Of a stretch of DNA of 41,408 nucleotides, positions 8,859 to 18,222 are shown piece by piece. Numbering within the stretch: the first letter of the stretch is position 1; every line of letters starts with the position of its first letter. A program made the translations under genes and the position numbers. Origin of the DNA: an uncultured Desulfurococcaceae archaeon (GTDB lineage Archaea > Thermoproteota > Thermoprotei_A > Sulfolobales > Desulfurococcaceae); NCBI GenBank assembly GCA_964631195.1, contig CAZVWZ010000001.1:1-41408 (forward strand), written 5' to 3'. The notes beneath the pieces are model-generated. The model saw only the letters and a list, made by a program, of their open reading frames with translations, did not search any database and was not told the origin of the DNA.

Positions 8859-9650
8859 TTATCCCTGTCCAAAATATTTCTGTACTAGCTGGTCCCATTT
8901 GTCTGACTGCATAAGCTGAGTTAATGCATCATTTAGTTTATTAAGTAATTCTGTATTTCCTTTTCTAACAGCTAATCCATATTTCTCTCCTGTTTCAACA
9001 ATTCCAGAGATCTGAACATTGTATTGTTTTTCAAACATTTTAGCAACTGGCAAATCAACCATGACAGCATCTATTCTACCATTAACTAGGTCTGTTACAG
9101 CTAGTACATAGCTAGAATAACTCTTTATAGTTATATCATAGCCTTGGTTCTCAACGAGATCTGTCAGGTAGCTTTCTGCAGTTGTGCCTGTCTGTACACC
9201 AACTACTTTTCCAACTAGATCATCTGGACTCTCAGGCTGGAAATCGCCTCCCTTTATAACAAGAATAGCTTGATCAGCCTCCCAGTAGGGTATTGTAAAG
9301 TCTACTTGCTGTTTCCTTTCATCCGTAATGGTCATACCAGCAGCAATTACATCTATTTGCCCCTGTTGTAGAGCAGGTATAAGGCCTTCGAAATCAATAC
9401 TTACAATCTCTATATCGTCATAGTCCATCATCTTAGCTAGTTCTTTCATCATATCTATATCAAACCCTACAATATTACCCTGCTCATCGATATATTCGAA
9501 CGGCGGGAAGTCTGGTGAAGTACCAACTATCAAGATCCTCTGAGTAGGCTTAGTTTGGCTAATCATATACACGTATAATCCCAAGGCTACTAAAGCTATT
9601 ATGATAACTATTATGGCTAAAAGGAAAGACTTATTCAACGGGTACACCAA
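8859..9650 (-). CDS. Polar amino-acid ABC transporter substrate-binding protein, N-terminally membrane-anchored
   Basis: 263 aa with an N-terminal hydrophobic anchor. The blocks GTSPDFPPFEY..GFDIDM..IPALQ.GQIDVIAAGMTIT.ER are typical of type-3 (His/Gln/Arg) SBPs. It is the first gene of the minus-strand operon (TTG/GTG start). Confidence 0.85.
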   Translation of the reverse strand: MVYPLNKSFLLAIIVIIIALVALGLYVYMISQTKPTQRILIVGTSPDFPPFEYIDEQGNIVGFDIDMMKELAKMMDYDDIEIVSIDFEGLIPALQQGQIDVIAAGMTITDERKQQVDFTIPYWEADQAILVIKGGDFQPESPDDLVGKVVGVQTGTTAESYLTDLVENQGYDITIKSYSSYVLAVTDLVNGRIDAVMVDLPVAKMFEKQYNVQISGIVETGEKYGLAVRKGNTELLNKLNDALTQLMQSDKWDQLVQKYFGQG

Positions 9651-9812
9651 TAATTATTTAATTTACTGGTTTTAAATACCTTTTTATAATAGTGTATGAT
9701 TCATTATTTAAACTGTTTGAAAGTTACATATTAAGATTATACAAGTTTTATGATCATTTAAAGTTTACATTCACCATCTTATCAGTTAATGGAGGGGAGT
9801 TATGTGGGAAAA

Positions 9813-9824
9813 CTTTATATATAA
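9813..9824 (+). promoter_or_regulatory. TATA-box-like element upstream of the SBBP surface-protein gene
   Basis: CTTTATATATAA is centred about 43 nt upstream of the GTG start at 9861. The assignment rests on position and composition only. Confidence 0.3.
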
Positions 9825-9860
9825 TAATATATCATTCTAGAGTATCGACAATGGCTTGAA

Positions 9861-11783
9861 GTGGGATGTGTATTGAGGAACCTAACATTATTTATATTAA
9901 TATTATTGATACTATCTCCAATAACCGCTATAATGAATGCATATATACCTAGGCCAGAGTTTCGGTCAAGTATAGCGGTATCTAGTGATTCATATCCTAA
10001 TACTTGGTGGCTATCTGTCGGCGGCTCTATGGATGACCAGTCATGGATGGGTATATTTGTTGACGAGCAAGGATATGTTTATTGTACGGGTTATACTAGT
10101 TCATGGAAGCCTCTGGGTTCAACTTCTCTATTCCTAGTCAAAAACAGTAGGTATGGTGAAAATGTTAGGTCAATAGTCGTGTATGGTAATAGTACAATAT
10201 ATGGTAGAGACGTTATAGTTATGGATGATAATATCTTTATAGTTGGCCAAGTTACAGGTTATGGCGCTGGTTCTCTTGATGGTTTTCTAGTTAAATTAGA
10301 TGATAGTGGTAATGTAGAATGGTTTAATACGATTGGAGGTTCATCAGGAGATCTTCTTTGGAGTTTAGATAGCGGCTATAACGATACTATCTATGCAACA
10401 GGCTATACATTTAGCTATGCAACCGGTAAAAACGATATATTTGTAGTAAAGTTCGACAGCGATGGCAGATTACTATGGGCGCTAGCGTTAGGTGGAAGTC
10501 TGCTTGATTATGGATGGAGTATAGACACTCATACTAATGGAACAACAGACTTTATTGTCGTAGGAGGCCAGACTTCAAGTTTTCCAGTCGGAGGAAGCTA
10601 TGATGCATATGTGGCATTGTTAACGGGTGAAGGAATGGTTCAATGGACTTTGGTATTTGGTTCTCCCGTTTTAGACGCGATACAATCAGTATCATTTGAT
10701 AGTGAAGGATATATTTATGTTACAGGTAATACTAAGAACACTACAACAGGTAAAAACGATGTATTTGTTGCAAAGTTTAATCTTGATGGTGAGCTCTTAT
10801 GGATTACATCTTTTGGTGGTAACGAATCGGAATCGTCTTATGGCATTGCGGTTGATGAAAACTTTGTCTATGTAGCTGGATATACGGCATCCTATATAAC
10901 TGGAGAATTAGGTGAAGAGGATGCATTCGTAGCAGCTCTTGATAAAAATACTGGAGAGCTCTTGGCATTTATGAACTTCGGAGGCCCTGACATGGAATTT
11001 GGCTATGCTATAACAGTCGATAATGACTACGTATATGTAACGGGTAAGACAGGAAGCTTTACGGAGGGAGGTAAAGATTTATTTCAGGTCAAGTTTAGAA
11101 AGGACTTTATATTTGATCCCTCACCACCGGATCTTGTATGGGTATATGATGACTTTCCGGAAAACGTTAATACATCAATAGTTTCTGTTCCATATACTCA
11201 TCCATCATTCAATATATCATTCGTCACTATGAATCTTAACTATGTAACGCCGCCTGTCTATACATACTCGATGCCTGCCATGCTTGTAGGGTCTTCAACA
11301 CATTTGGCAACGGCTACTGGAGAGCCTCCAGCCGAAGTGACAACTACTACTGTTACAATAACTACTACTGTAACTAATACAACTACTGTTACGACTACTG
11401 AATACTACACTACTACTATTACAGAGACTACAACTGAAACAGTTACTGAGACGGAGACCGTTACTGAGACTGAAACATTTTATGAGACAGTTACTGAGAT
11501 CATCAATAACACTTTAACTGAAACTACAACAGTTACGGATACTATTACAGAGACATATACAACTACGGAGACAGAGACAGTTACAAGTAATGTAACATAC
11601 ACTACTACAGAGACCGAAACTGAGACAGTAACGGAAACGAAGACTACTACGGAAACCGAGACATACACGACTACAAAAACTGTTACTGAAACAGTAACTG
11701 ACTGGACATTAGTTGTTGTAATCGGAATAGTATTATTGATCATAGGAATTGTATTAGGTCGTTTCATAACAAGAACGATATAA
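9861..11783 (+). CDS. Secreted/surface SBBP-type beta-propeller repeat protein with Thr-rich stalk and C-terminal TM anchor
   Basis: It has an N-terminal signal-like hydrophobic segment. Units of the form NDIFVVKFDSDGRLLWALALGG.., NDVFVAKFNLDGELLWITSFGG..YGIAVDENFVYVAGYT recur and fit the SBBP beta-propeller repeat pattern. A roughly 120-aa T/E/V low-complexity region follows, then a hydrophobic anchor plus basic tail (GRFITRTI). Confidence 0.8.
   Translation: MGCVLRNLTLFILILLILSPITAIMNAYIPRPEFRSSIAVSSDSYPNTWWLSVGGSMDDQSWMGIFVDEQGYVYCTGYTSSWKPLGSTSLFLVKNSRYGENVRSIVVYGNSTIYGRDVIVMDDNIFIVGQVTGYGAGSLDGFLVKLDDSGNVEWFNTIGGSSGDLLWSLDSGYNDTIYATGYTFSYATGKNDIFVVKFDSDGRLLWALALGGSLLDYGWSIDTHTNGTTDFIVVGGQTSSFPVGGSYDAYVALLTGEGMVQWTLVFGSPVLDAIQSVSFDSEGYIYVTGNTKNTTTGKNDVFVAKFNLDGELLWITSFGGNESESSYGIAVDENFVYVAGYTASYITGELGEEDAFVAALDKNTGELLAFMNFGGPDMEFGYAITVDNDYVYVTGKTGSFTEGGKDLFQVKFRKDFIFDPSPPDLVWVYDDFPENVNTSIVSVPYTHPSFNISFVTMNLNYVTPPVYTYSMPAMLVGSSTHLATATGEPPAEVTTTTVTITTTVTNTTTVTTTEYYTTTITETTTETVTETETVTETETFYETVTEIINNTLTETTTVTDTITETYTTTETETVTSNVTYTTTETETETVTETKTTTETETYTTTKTVTETVTDWTLVVVIGIVLLIIGIVLGRFITRTI
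11334..11700 (+). repeat. Thr/Glu/Val low-complexity coding repeat (TETETVTE-type) forming a stalk/linker
   Basis: The direct reading is EVTTTTVTITTTVTNTTTVTTTEYYTTTITETTTETVTETETVTETETF...TETETETVTETKTTTETETYTTTKTVTETVTD. At DNA level it is imperfect ACN-GAR-ACN-GTN iterations. It also generates the spurious antisense ORF 11480..11767. Confidence 0.9.
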
Positions 11784-11790
11784 AAATATG

Positions 11791-11804
11791 TCTTTTTCCG
11801 TTTA
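11791..11804 (+). terminator. Oligo-T tract, possible archaeal intrinsic terminator
   Basis: TCTTTTTCCGTTTA lies 8 nt after the stop of the SBBP gene and before the S8 protease gene. Archaeal termination commonly uses T-runs. The support is weak. Confidence 0.25.
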
Positions 11805-11828
11805 TGAGTTTAATGAGTGTGATACAAT

Positions 11829-14800
11829 ATGGTTAATGCCAGGTTATTTTGCATAATACTACTTTCTATATTAATCCTGTCAATGATGCCTATGACTATT
11901 TATTCCCAGAATTCTCATAATAGCATATACAAAATTGATCATGAGCTCAGGAATCTTATAGGAAAAGATGAGAATGTAGATGTAGTCATAATACTAAAGG
12001 ATCTAGAGTACAGTGATCTATTGGAGATAAAGCTGAAGGAAGGACCAGATGCTGTAAGGAAGGTTTTAAAGTCATATGCGTATACAACTCAGAATTTAGT
12101 AAAGCAATATATAGTCTCCCTAGGAGGTAAGGTACTGAATAGTTTTTGGATAATTAATGCAATAGTAGCTAGAATAAATGTTGATAAGCTTATAGATATT
12201 GCTTCGCTTAACATTGTCGATAAGATCGTGCCGAACTATGAGGTTTATATAGATGAGCCAGTTAAAGACTATGACTATAAATCTTCTGGTAAAGTATGGT
12301 CATGGGGTATAAATAGGACAAGGGCTCCAGAAGTCTGGAAAATGGGATATAATGGCTCAGGCGTTAGGATCTGCATTATAGATACAGGCGTTGATATCTC
12401 TCATCCTGCATTAGCTGGCAAAATGCTAACACTAGATCCTAGTAACCCATATTATCCTGGAGGATGGATGGCTTTTGATTCAGCAGGCAATCCAATGCTC
12501 ATGGAGCCCATGGACACATATGGACATGGAACCCATGTATCAGGTACTGCACTTGGAGGTGATGGAAAAGATATTATCATTGGTGTTGCTCCTGGAGCAA
12601 CACTTATGCATGCATTAGCACTACCTTATGGAAGTGGCACACTTGCTCAAACATTAGCTGCTATAGAATGGGCTGCTGATCCATTCTATTTAAACCCAGA
12701 TACTGGAGAAAAGATCTATACGGGATTACCAGCTCATGTTGTATCTATGAGTTGGGGCGCCAGAAATTATTATGGAGCAGAATACCTTGAACCGATAAAG
12801 CATATGTTACTAATGAACATAATACCCGTTGCGGCAATAGGTAATGGAGGTTATGGTTCGCATGATAATCCAGGGAATATATATGGAGTGTTTGGTATCG
12901 GTGCTTCAGACGAAAACGATCAAATAGCTAGTTTCTCAGGAGGCACAATAATTTATTGGCCATACATACCTCCTTCATGGCCATTTAATGATACATATCC
13001 ATCTAGGTACATTAAGCCAGATTTTGCCGCTCCCGGTGTCAGGATATTATCTAGTGTACCTGGTGGCGGTTACTCTGCTTTAAGCGGAACATCAATGGCT
13101 ACTCCACATGTTGCAGGCATTATTGCATTAATGTTCCAGGCTACTAATTGGCATGTATATGGAGTACCTGATGTACCTGAGAAGTTTTATGAGGTTCTTA
13201 GAGAGACTGCACTAGACTTAGGCGATCCGGGCAAAGATCCGAGGTATGGATGGGGTATTGTTGATGCATATAAAGCGGTATGTAAGGTGCTTGAGCTTGC
13301 TAAGATAAGTGGTGTTAAGGGTTATGTGTATGATGAAGAGACTGGAGAACCAATTAATCTAGTAAATGTATATGCCTATAATGATAATGGCGAATTAGTT
13401 GCATATACAAAGTCGAATGCTTCCGGATATTACCTGTTGCCTCTCGATCCCGGCACCTACACTATAGTGTACAATAGATTCGGATATGAGAATTATACTA
13501 TCACAGTAGATGTAGTAATACATAACGGTACAATAACTGGCTACGTTACTGATAAAGTAACTAGTAATCCTATTCAAAATGCCGAAATTTCTATACTGGA
13601 ACTTGGCATTACTGTATATACGGATTCCAATGGTTATTATCATGTATCGGTACCTCCAGGAAGATATACAGTTAAGGCCTCGGCACCCAACTACTTTAGT
13701 GATACTAAGAGTATTATTGTTGGTGAACAGGAACTTGTAGTGCTCGATTTCCAACTATATCACGAATCCATGCAAGCAGTGTTGAAGGTTCATGTAACGG
13801 AGCATTTTACTGGAAGACCCATTGCCAATGTAAATGTGTCTTTGAGAGGTACTGGTAAATGGGCATTAACCAATAATAATGGTACAGCGGTAATCGAGGG
13901 TATACCGCCTGGAACATATACTGTTCTAGTATCAAAGCCATACTTTGCCTTAAGAGTATATGAAGTATCTTTAGAACCAGGTGAATACTTCTTAGAAGTT
14001 GATACGACCTATAAAATAGCTATAATGAGCCAGGAACCTGACCAGTTTGGTGAAGATATTAGGCAAGCCCTGATCGCTATGGGATATCCTCCATATGCCA
14101 TTGATATTCTTGAACCCATGGTGACGGGAGATCTATATAAAGTTATAATACTTAATTCGTTTGGACAAGATCCCGGCGAAGAAACATTATTATCTATACT
14201 TGAGGAATATGATTCAGAGAATACATCAATAATATTCTTAGATGCATGGGGTGCATACTATTATTTCGCAGGATATATTATGTATAAGTATAGTGATGCT
14301 GTAAACGAGCTTGGATTCCCATCACCAGCTTATAGGAGTGATGGATACGTTGAAGGTTTAATGATTAATGCATTAAATATTTCTCATCCAATATTCCAAG
14401 GCATAGAATTTGATGAAGGTACTAGATTCTATATTGCTTCATCGCCAGGGGATCGTGTTGACTATGCTGTTTATACTGGGTTTAATAATCCTGCCAACGG
14501 TTCCTTAACCTATCTTGGCGAACTTGTAAAAGGAGGTACCGTGTATGGCTATAGTATTGTTATCTGGGAAAGGCCTATCACAAACAATACCTGGATTTTC
14601 CTTAGTATAGGAGGAAGTTATCACTGGGCTAAATACATGGAGAAAGGTCAAGATATGCAGTATTCAGAGAATGTAAGAAGAATACTTGTAAATTCAATAA
14701 GTTATGCTCTAGGAATTGAAATATCATTAAGTACGCTGTTTGTATCTACAGAATACGATCTAAAATCGTCTGAAAACATAGGAGTGTCTGCATTCAAAAC

Positions 14801-16787
14801 GGTTAACGTATATCTTAAGAGGCTACCTTATGGATGGATCGAAGGTACGGTATATGCTAGCGATACCGGAGAAGTACTACCTGGCTCTAAAGTTATAGTA
14901 AAAGATATAATTGTATCTACAACAACTAATGCATCTGGATATTATCGTATCTGGCTACCGCAGGGAACATATACGATAATCTATTCCTCGCCTGGCTATT
15001 ACAAACAAGAAAAAACAGTTATAGTTAAGGTCGATGAGACGACAATTGTTAATGTAGAATTACTTAGAGCTCCACGTGCAGCAATAATGTTTGATTTCTC
15101 TGGACAATTATCAACTTATTTAATGAATAAAGGATGGTATGCAAAAGGATATAGGGATTGGGATGAACTTATTAATGACTTAGGATTCTACGACGTTTTG
15201 ATATTATCTGGAGAATATGTTGGCACTAGCGAGTTATGGCCCGATAGAGATACCTTCGAGAGATTAATCAATAAAACATACGATCTCGGCATGGGGATAG
15301 TTTTCATGAATAATTATTTTGAATACCGTTACATGAAGGAATATCCATATGGTATAAATCTATTATACTACTATTTAAGAAATCCGAGAAGCATAGGATC
15401 ATCTTTCGATCAAGGACCAATATTCTATCAAGTTGTAAAGGAGCATCCTATATTGGAAGGCTATGATATTGGTGAAAGAATATATATCGTAGAAGGAGGA
15501 GATTTTGATTATGCATGGTTCAATAAATGGGATGGTGAAGTAATAGCTTACATTGGCGCAGAACTTGCAGATACTCGGGGAGGAGGAATAGGTATTAAAA
15601 TAACTGAAGCTGGTACAAGATGGGTATTGCTTGCTGGACTTGCTCCGGAGATATGGACCAATATGGACCACTGGACTGATGACGCTAAAGAGATCTTCTA
15701 TAGAAGTGTTATGTGGGCTAGTGTAAAACTTGTAAAGATAAATATTACTCCGCGTGAGGTATTCGTTGGAGATTTAATGCAAATAGTTATACCTCCTTTA
15801 CCAGGTGTAACGTATTCTATAATATTGGATAATACAGTAATATTGTCAAATATCATGGGATCTAATGATGAAGTGGTTATTCAGTTAAGAGTTCCATTAT
15901 TAGAATATGGTATACATAGGATAGTATTAATTAGTGATGGTATGTATTATGGTGAAAATGAATTTTTAGTAAGAACTCATATAGTTCCTATTGAAAGTTC
16001 TGTATATCAGGAGAGTAGACTAGTTGTTAATATAACAGGTTATCCAATTAATGAAACACTATATCTTTATATAGACGATAACTATATGACAACAATATAT
16101 GCCAGTAATGTACAGCCAATAATATTGGTTATAAATGTACCCGATTACTTTGAGGAAGGTGATCACATAGTTAATTTAAGAAGGCTTAATGGAGAAATAC
16201 TTGCCATGGCAAATATAACAGTATTTAGATCCAAGTTTAAAGAGTCTATGGTATCATCATTTAATGCATTAAATGGATCATTTACTGAAGGTTTAGAGCA
16301 AATATTATATCAATTGTTTGGTATTAAAGAGAATTTATCAATACTACAATCTAATATATATCTTTTAAGACATGAAGTCATGAATACGCTATTAAATGAG
16401 ATAATTGATAAAATAAATGAATTAAATAATAATCTAACATTCACTACTGAAATTATTGTAGAAAAGATAGAAGAAATTCCATTAGCAATCAATAATTCAG
16501 AATCGCGAATAAGAAATGAAATAAGATCTAGTTATGCTAATGTAAATTCTAAGTTAGAAAAACTATCTAAACTTGACGAACTCAATAAATTAGATGAAAT
16601 GTTAAATGATTTAAGCACTATATCAGACAACTTAAATTCCTTAAAAGCACAGTCAGACAAGATCGGTTTAGATATTAAAGAGGCTGTAGGCATTCAACGA
16701 TCAATAGTATCGTTACAATATATACTATTACTATTAATAGCAGGAGTATTATTTATGTGTGTATTTCAGGTATTTAAGAGGAAATAG
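11829..16787 (+). CDS. Giant surface-anchored subtilisin-like serine protease (peptidase S8) with multiple accessory domains, coiled-coil stalk and C-terminal TM anchor
   Basis: It has a signal-like N-terminus and an I9-like propeptide region. The catalytic triad motifs are CIIDTGVD (Asp codon 12381..12383), HGTHVSGT (His 12525..12527) and SGTSMATPHVAG (Ser 13092..13094), with the oxyanion region AAIGNGG. Four CarboxypepD_reg-like units are present (..SGYY..PGTYT..). A heptad-like, N/L/K/E/S-rich region (about 16240..16690) is followed by a hydrophobic anchor and a KRK tail. Confidence 0.9.
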   Translation: MVNARLFCIILLSILILSMMPMTIYSQNSHNSIYKIDHELRNLIGKDENVDVVIILKDLEYSDLLEIKLKEGPDAVRKVLKSYAYTTQNLVKQYIVSLGGKVLNSFWIINAIVARINVDKLIDIASLNIVDKIVPNYEVYIDEPVKDYDYKSSGKVWSWGINRTRAPEVWKMGYNGSGVRICIIDTGVDISHPALAGKMLTLDPSNPYYPGGWMAFDSAGNPMLMEPMDTYGHGTHVSGTALGGDGKDIIIGVAPGATLMHALALPYGSGTLAQTLAAIEWAADPFYLNPDTGEKIYTGLPAHVVSMSWGARNYYGAEYLEPIKHMLLMNIIPVAAIGNGGYGSHDNPGNIYGVFGIGASDENDQIASFSGGTIIYWPYIPPSWPFNDTYPSRYIKPDFAAPGVRILSSVPGGGYSALSGTSMATPHVAGIIALMFQATNWHVYGVPDVPEKFYEVLRETALDLGDPGKDPRYGWGIVDAYKAVCKVLELAKISGVKGYVYDEETGEPINLVNVYAYNDNGELVAYTKSNASGYYLLPLDPGTYTIVYNRFGYENYTITVDVVIHNGTITGYVTDKVTSNPIQNAEISILELGITVYTDSNGYYHVSVPPGRYTVKASAPNYFSDTKSIIVGEQELVVLDFQLYHESMQAVLKVHVTEHFTGRPIANVNVSLRGTGKWALTNNNGTAVIEGIPPGTYTVLVSKPYFALRVYEVSLEPGEYFLEVDTTYKIAIMSQEPDQFGEDIRQALIAMGYPPYAIDILEPMVTGDLYKVIILNSFGQDPGEETLLSILEEYDSENTSIIFLDAWGAYYYFAGYIMYKYSDAVNELGFPSPAYRSDGYVEGLMINALNISHPIFQGIEFDEGTRFYIASSPGDRVDYAVYTGFNNPANGSLTYLGELVKGGTVYGYSIVIWERPITNNTWIFLSIGGSYHWAKYMEKGQDMQYSENVRRILVNSISYALGIEISLSTLFVSTEYDLKSSENIGVSAFKTVNVYLKRLPYGWIEGTVYASDTGEVLPGSKVIVKDIIVSTTTNASGYYRIWLPQGTYTIIYSSPGYYKQEKTVIVKVDETTIVNVELLRAPRAAIMFDFSGQLSTYLMNKGWYAKGYRDWDELINDLGFYDVLILSGEYVGTSELWPDRDTFERLINKTYDLGMGIVFMNNYFEYRYMKEYPYGINLLYYYLRNPRSIGSSFDQGPIFYQVVKEHPILEGYDIGERIYIVEGGDFDYAWFNKWDGEVIAYIGAELADTRGGGIGIKITEAGTRWVLLAGLAPEIWTNMDHWTDDAKEIFYRSVMWASVKLVKINITPREVFVGDLMQIVIPPLPGVTYSIILDNTVILSNIMGSNDEVVIQLRVPLLEYGIHRIVLISDGMYYGENEFLVRTHIVPIESSVYQESRLVVNITGYPINETLYLYIDDNYMTTIYASNVQPIILVINVPDYFEEGDHIVNLRRLNGEILAMANITVFRSKFKESMVSSFNALNGSFTEGLEQILYQLFGIKENLSILQSNIYLLRHEVMNTLLNEIIDKINELNNNLTFTTEIIVEKIEEIPLAINNSESRIRNEIRSSYANVNSKLEKLSKLDELNKLDEMLNDLSTISDNLNSLKAQSDKIGLDIKEAVGIQRSIVSLQYILLLLIAGVLFMCVFQVFKRK

Positions 16788-18138
16788 AATAATCTCTATA
16801 ATCTTTTTTTAACATCATATACTTTACGAATAAGCTAATTAACAATAGAAGCAATAGTATGTTTCTAGTAAAGGCAATTATCTGTATAGGAGAATCCGGA
16901 GATAATGGATTATATTGTATCTTCAAGCCTAGAAAGCTAAATAGAATTCGCAGTTCTTTATCCTTGAACCATAGTGTTATTATAAGGGAATTCAAAAAAT
17001 CAATGAAAAGATAATATATGAATTCTTTTAATGTTAATAAGATTATTAATGAAAATGTTAAGAATAGAAAATACTGTGGCTTGAACATGTAATGAAAAGT
17101 TATTATGGCCAGTAATCCGATAGCTATTTTCCTATACATTCTATTATTAAAGTCGTGGCCTTTTACATAAAGGATCATAATAAGTAAGGTTAAAATTACA
17201 ATGAAGACTATAGAGAGCGATCTGGATAAAGGATTTGAGGGAGATCCGGCAAGATATAAAAATATACAATTTTCACACATTAAATCATTAGATCCAATAA
17301 AAATTTTGGATAACAATTGAGGATTAATTAATACAATTACTAGGTAAGATGCAAACGTTGCTGTAAAACCCAGGAGATACCTATATGCATATTCAAGCTC
17401 TCTTTTTAATTCTAATAATTCATATAATATAATGATTACAGCTATTGTAGAGAATAGATTAGTTGCTACACTTAATCCGGCTGATAAACCAGATAATAAA
17501 TATTTCTTTTTAAAAAGCATTAGTATTGAAAATACAACAAGAGATCCTGCTATGATCTCTGTACCGTATATACCATATACAATAAAGCTAGGTAATAAAG
17601 GTAATATATATAATAACCTATGATCCTTAACGTTAATATAATTAGAGATCTCGCTTAGAGCCATAGTTAATAATATAGCAGATCCAAAAATGAAAATACT
17701 CATAATAACATAATAAACGGTTATTGATAGAGATCTAAGATCGGGATCTGTGTATGGACTATACATAGAATTATAGCTACTTATAACAAGTGAGAAGCTG
17801 GATGATATGAACCAGAGTAATCCACTAAATGGAGGTAATGCTAATGAGTAATCACGATATATTATTGGTAAAATTTTTTCACCTAAGCAAAGTTTTCTGG
17901 CGGTTTCGCTGTTTATCCATATGGTGCCTCTAAGACTGGTATTTCTTAAAGCGAAATCACATACTTTTTTATCTAAGAAAACTTTCCTGTAATATGAATC
18001 AACTATGTCACTGTAAATGGGTGTTGTAAAAGGTTTTCCAAATATCTTTTCCTGTACTTCGATAGGCATATGTATTATAAATGAAATGGTTATAGATATT
18101 ATCACTATTATTACTAGTAATTTCCTATTAATCATCAA
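16774..18138 (-). CDS. Polytopic GT-C-fold-like membrane glycosyltransferase candidate (DUF2029/GT87-like)
   Basis: 454 aa with at least 10 hydrophobic segments. An early loop, IIYRDYSLALPPFSGLLWF, resembles the YRDF..YPP motif of DUF2029/PimE-like GT-C enzymes. Its 3' end overlaps the protease gene by 14 nt, and it is divergent from the GT39-like gene. Confidence 0.45.
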   Translation of the reverse strand: MMINRKLLVIIVIISITISFIIHMPIEVQEKIFGKPFTTPIYSDIVDSYYRKVFLDKKVCDFALRNTSLRGTIWINSETARKLCLGEKILPIIYRDYSLALPPFSGLLWFISSSFSLVISSYNSMYSPYTDPDLRSLSITVYYVIMSIFIFGSAILLTMALSEISNYINVKDHRLLYILPLLPSFIVYGIYGTEIIAGSLVVFSILMLFKKKYLLSGLSAGLSVATNLFSTIAVIIILYELLELKRELEYAYRYLLGFTATFASYLVIVLINPQLLSKIFIGSNDLMCENCIFLYLAGSPSNPLSRSLSIVFIVILTLLIMILYVKGHDFNNRMYRKIAIGLLAIITFHYMFKPQYFLFLTFSLIILLTLKEFIYYLFIDFLNSLIITLWFKDKELRILFSFLGLKIQYNPLSPDSPIQIIAFTRNILLLLLLISLFVKYMMLKKDYRDYSISS

Positions 18139-18222
18139 TGCACACCTTTTACATGGGAATAGATTGGTGTGTGGAAAAATAAATATTTCAGCTTTGCATC
18201 TATTCTATGCTAGGAATGGGCT

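Noticed and set aside
11480-11767. Minus-strand 95-aa ORF rich in V/S/T
   Set aside because: It is the antisense reading of the ACN-GAR-ACN-GTN Thr-rich repeat, an artefact of the repeat's codon periodicity.
11700-11783. Archaeosortase-type sorting signal (PGF-CTERM / PEF-CTERM) at the C-termini of the two surface proteins
   Set aside because: Both proteins end in a Thr-rich or coiled-coil region, a TM helix and a basic tail. Neither has a PGF or PEF tripeptide before the helix, so I treat them as plain C-terminal TM anchors.
13395-13754. Minus-strand ORFs inside the S8 protease gene (13395..13754, 15399..15671, 16310..16492)
   Set aside because: They lie embedded antisense in a 1652-codon CDS with catalytic motifs and have no recognisable features.
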